Shown one piece after another: positions 50,485 through 50,494 of a stretch of DNA of 50,494 nucleotides. Numbering within the stretch: position 1 is the stretch's first letter; each line of letters opens with the position of its first letter. The position numbers were made by a program, and so were the translations under genes. The notes under the pieces were generated by a model. It had not been told where the DNA came from. It ran no database searches and saw only the letters and a list, made by a program, of their open reading frames with translations. The DNA is from a virus: the IMG/VR virus record IMGVR_UViG_2788500486_000002. One strand, 5' to 3'.

Positions 50485-50494
50485 AGACAACGAC
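50396..50494. repeat. Terminal direct repeat, copy B (identical to 1..99)
   Basis: Verbatim repeat of the first 99 bases of the window. Confidence 0.95.

Noticed and set aside
1-50494. CRISPR arrays, integrase/excisionase, CI-like repressor, canonical tRNA genes and rRNA
   Set aside because: No spaced direct-repeat array, no tyrosine or serine recombinase motifs and no canonical T-loop-containing cloverleaf were seen. The genome looks strictly lytic. Only the degenerate tRNA-like element at 47.6 kb is noted above.

Overview
The window is a complete ~50.4-kb tailed dsDNA phage genome. Its first 99 bases repeat verbatim as its last 99, so the unit length is 50395 bp. Gene content is podovirus-like and T7-supergroup-like (gp4-type primase-helicase, family A DNA polymerase, gp2.5-type SSB, endonuclease I), but I found no phage RNA polymerase, integrase or repressor. 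There are two transcription arms. A ~24-kb minus-strand late arm (26.9 kb down to 3.04 kb) carries a DNA-binding/small-terminase candidate, two very basic small proteins, tail fiber, terL, portal, scaffold, capsid, tail tubular-like proteins, a GNAT, three internal/ejection proteins (one 1611 aa, one with a lytic transglycosylase domain) and a lysis cassette (GH19 endolysin, GTA-type holin). A plus-strand early/middle arm starts at 27.0 kb, runs through the window end and wraps to ~3.0 kb; it carries small early ORFs, an amidoligase cassette, replication and nuclease genes and a class II-like RNR. The arms diverge from back-to-back consensus sigma70 promoters at 26.90-27.03 kb and converge on a bidirectional terminator at ~3.0 kb. 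Most interesting observations: (1) a nine-gene cassette at 31.8-39.8 kb with three carboxylate-amine ligase families, two glutamine amidotransferases and a gamma-glutamyl cyclotransferase, whose product is unknown; (2) two coding-frame anomalies inside that cassette; (3) a strand-specific 12-mer, TAATCTATCATC, present about 10 times, mostly exactly at gene junctions; (4) a ~0.7-kb ORF-free, SD/anti-SD-rich transcript directly downstream of a perfect early promoter, whose first 27 nt are duplicated at a second promoter 14 kb away. All family assignments come from motif recognition by eye; no BLAST, HMM or RNA-folding run was possible.
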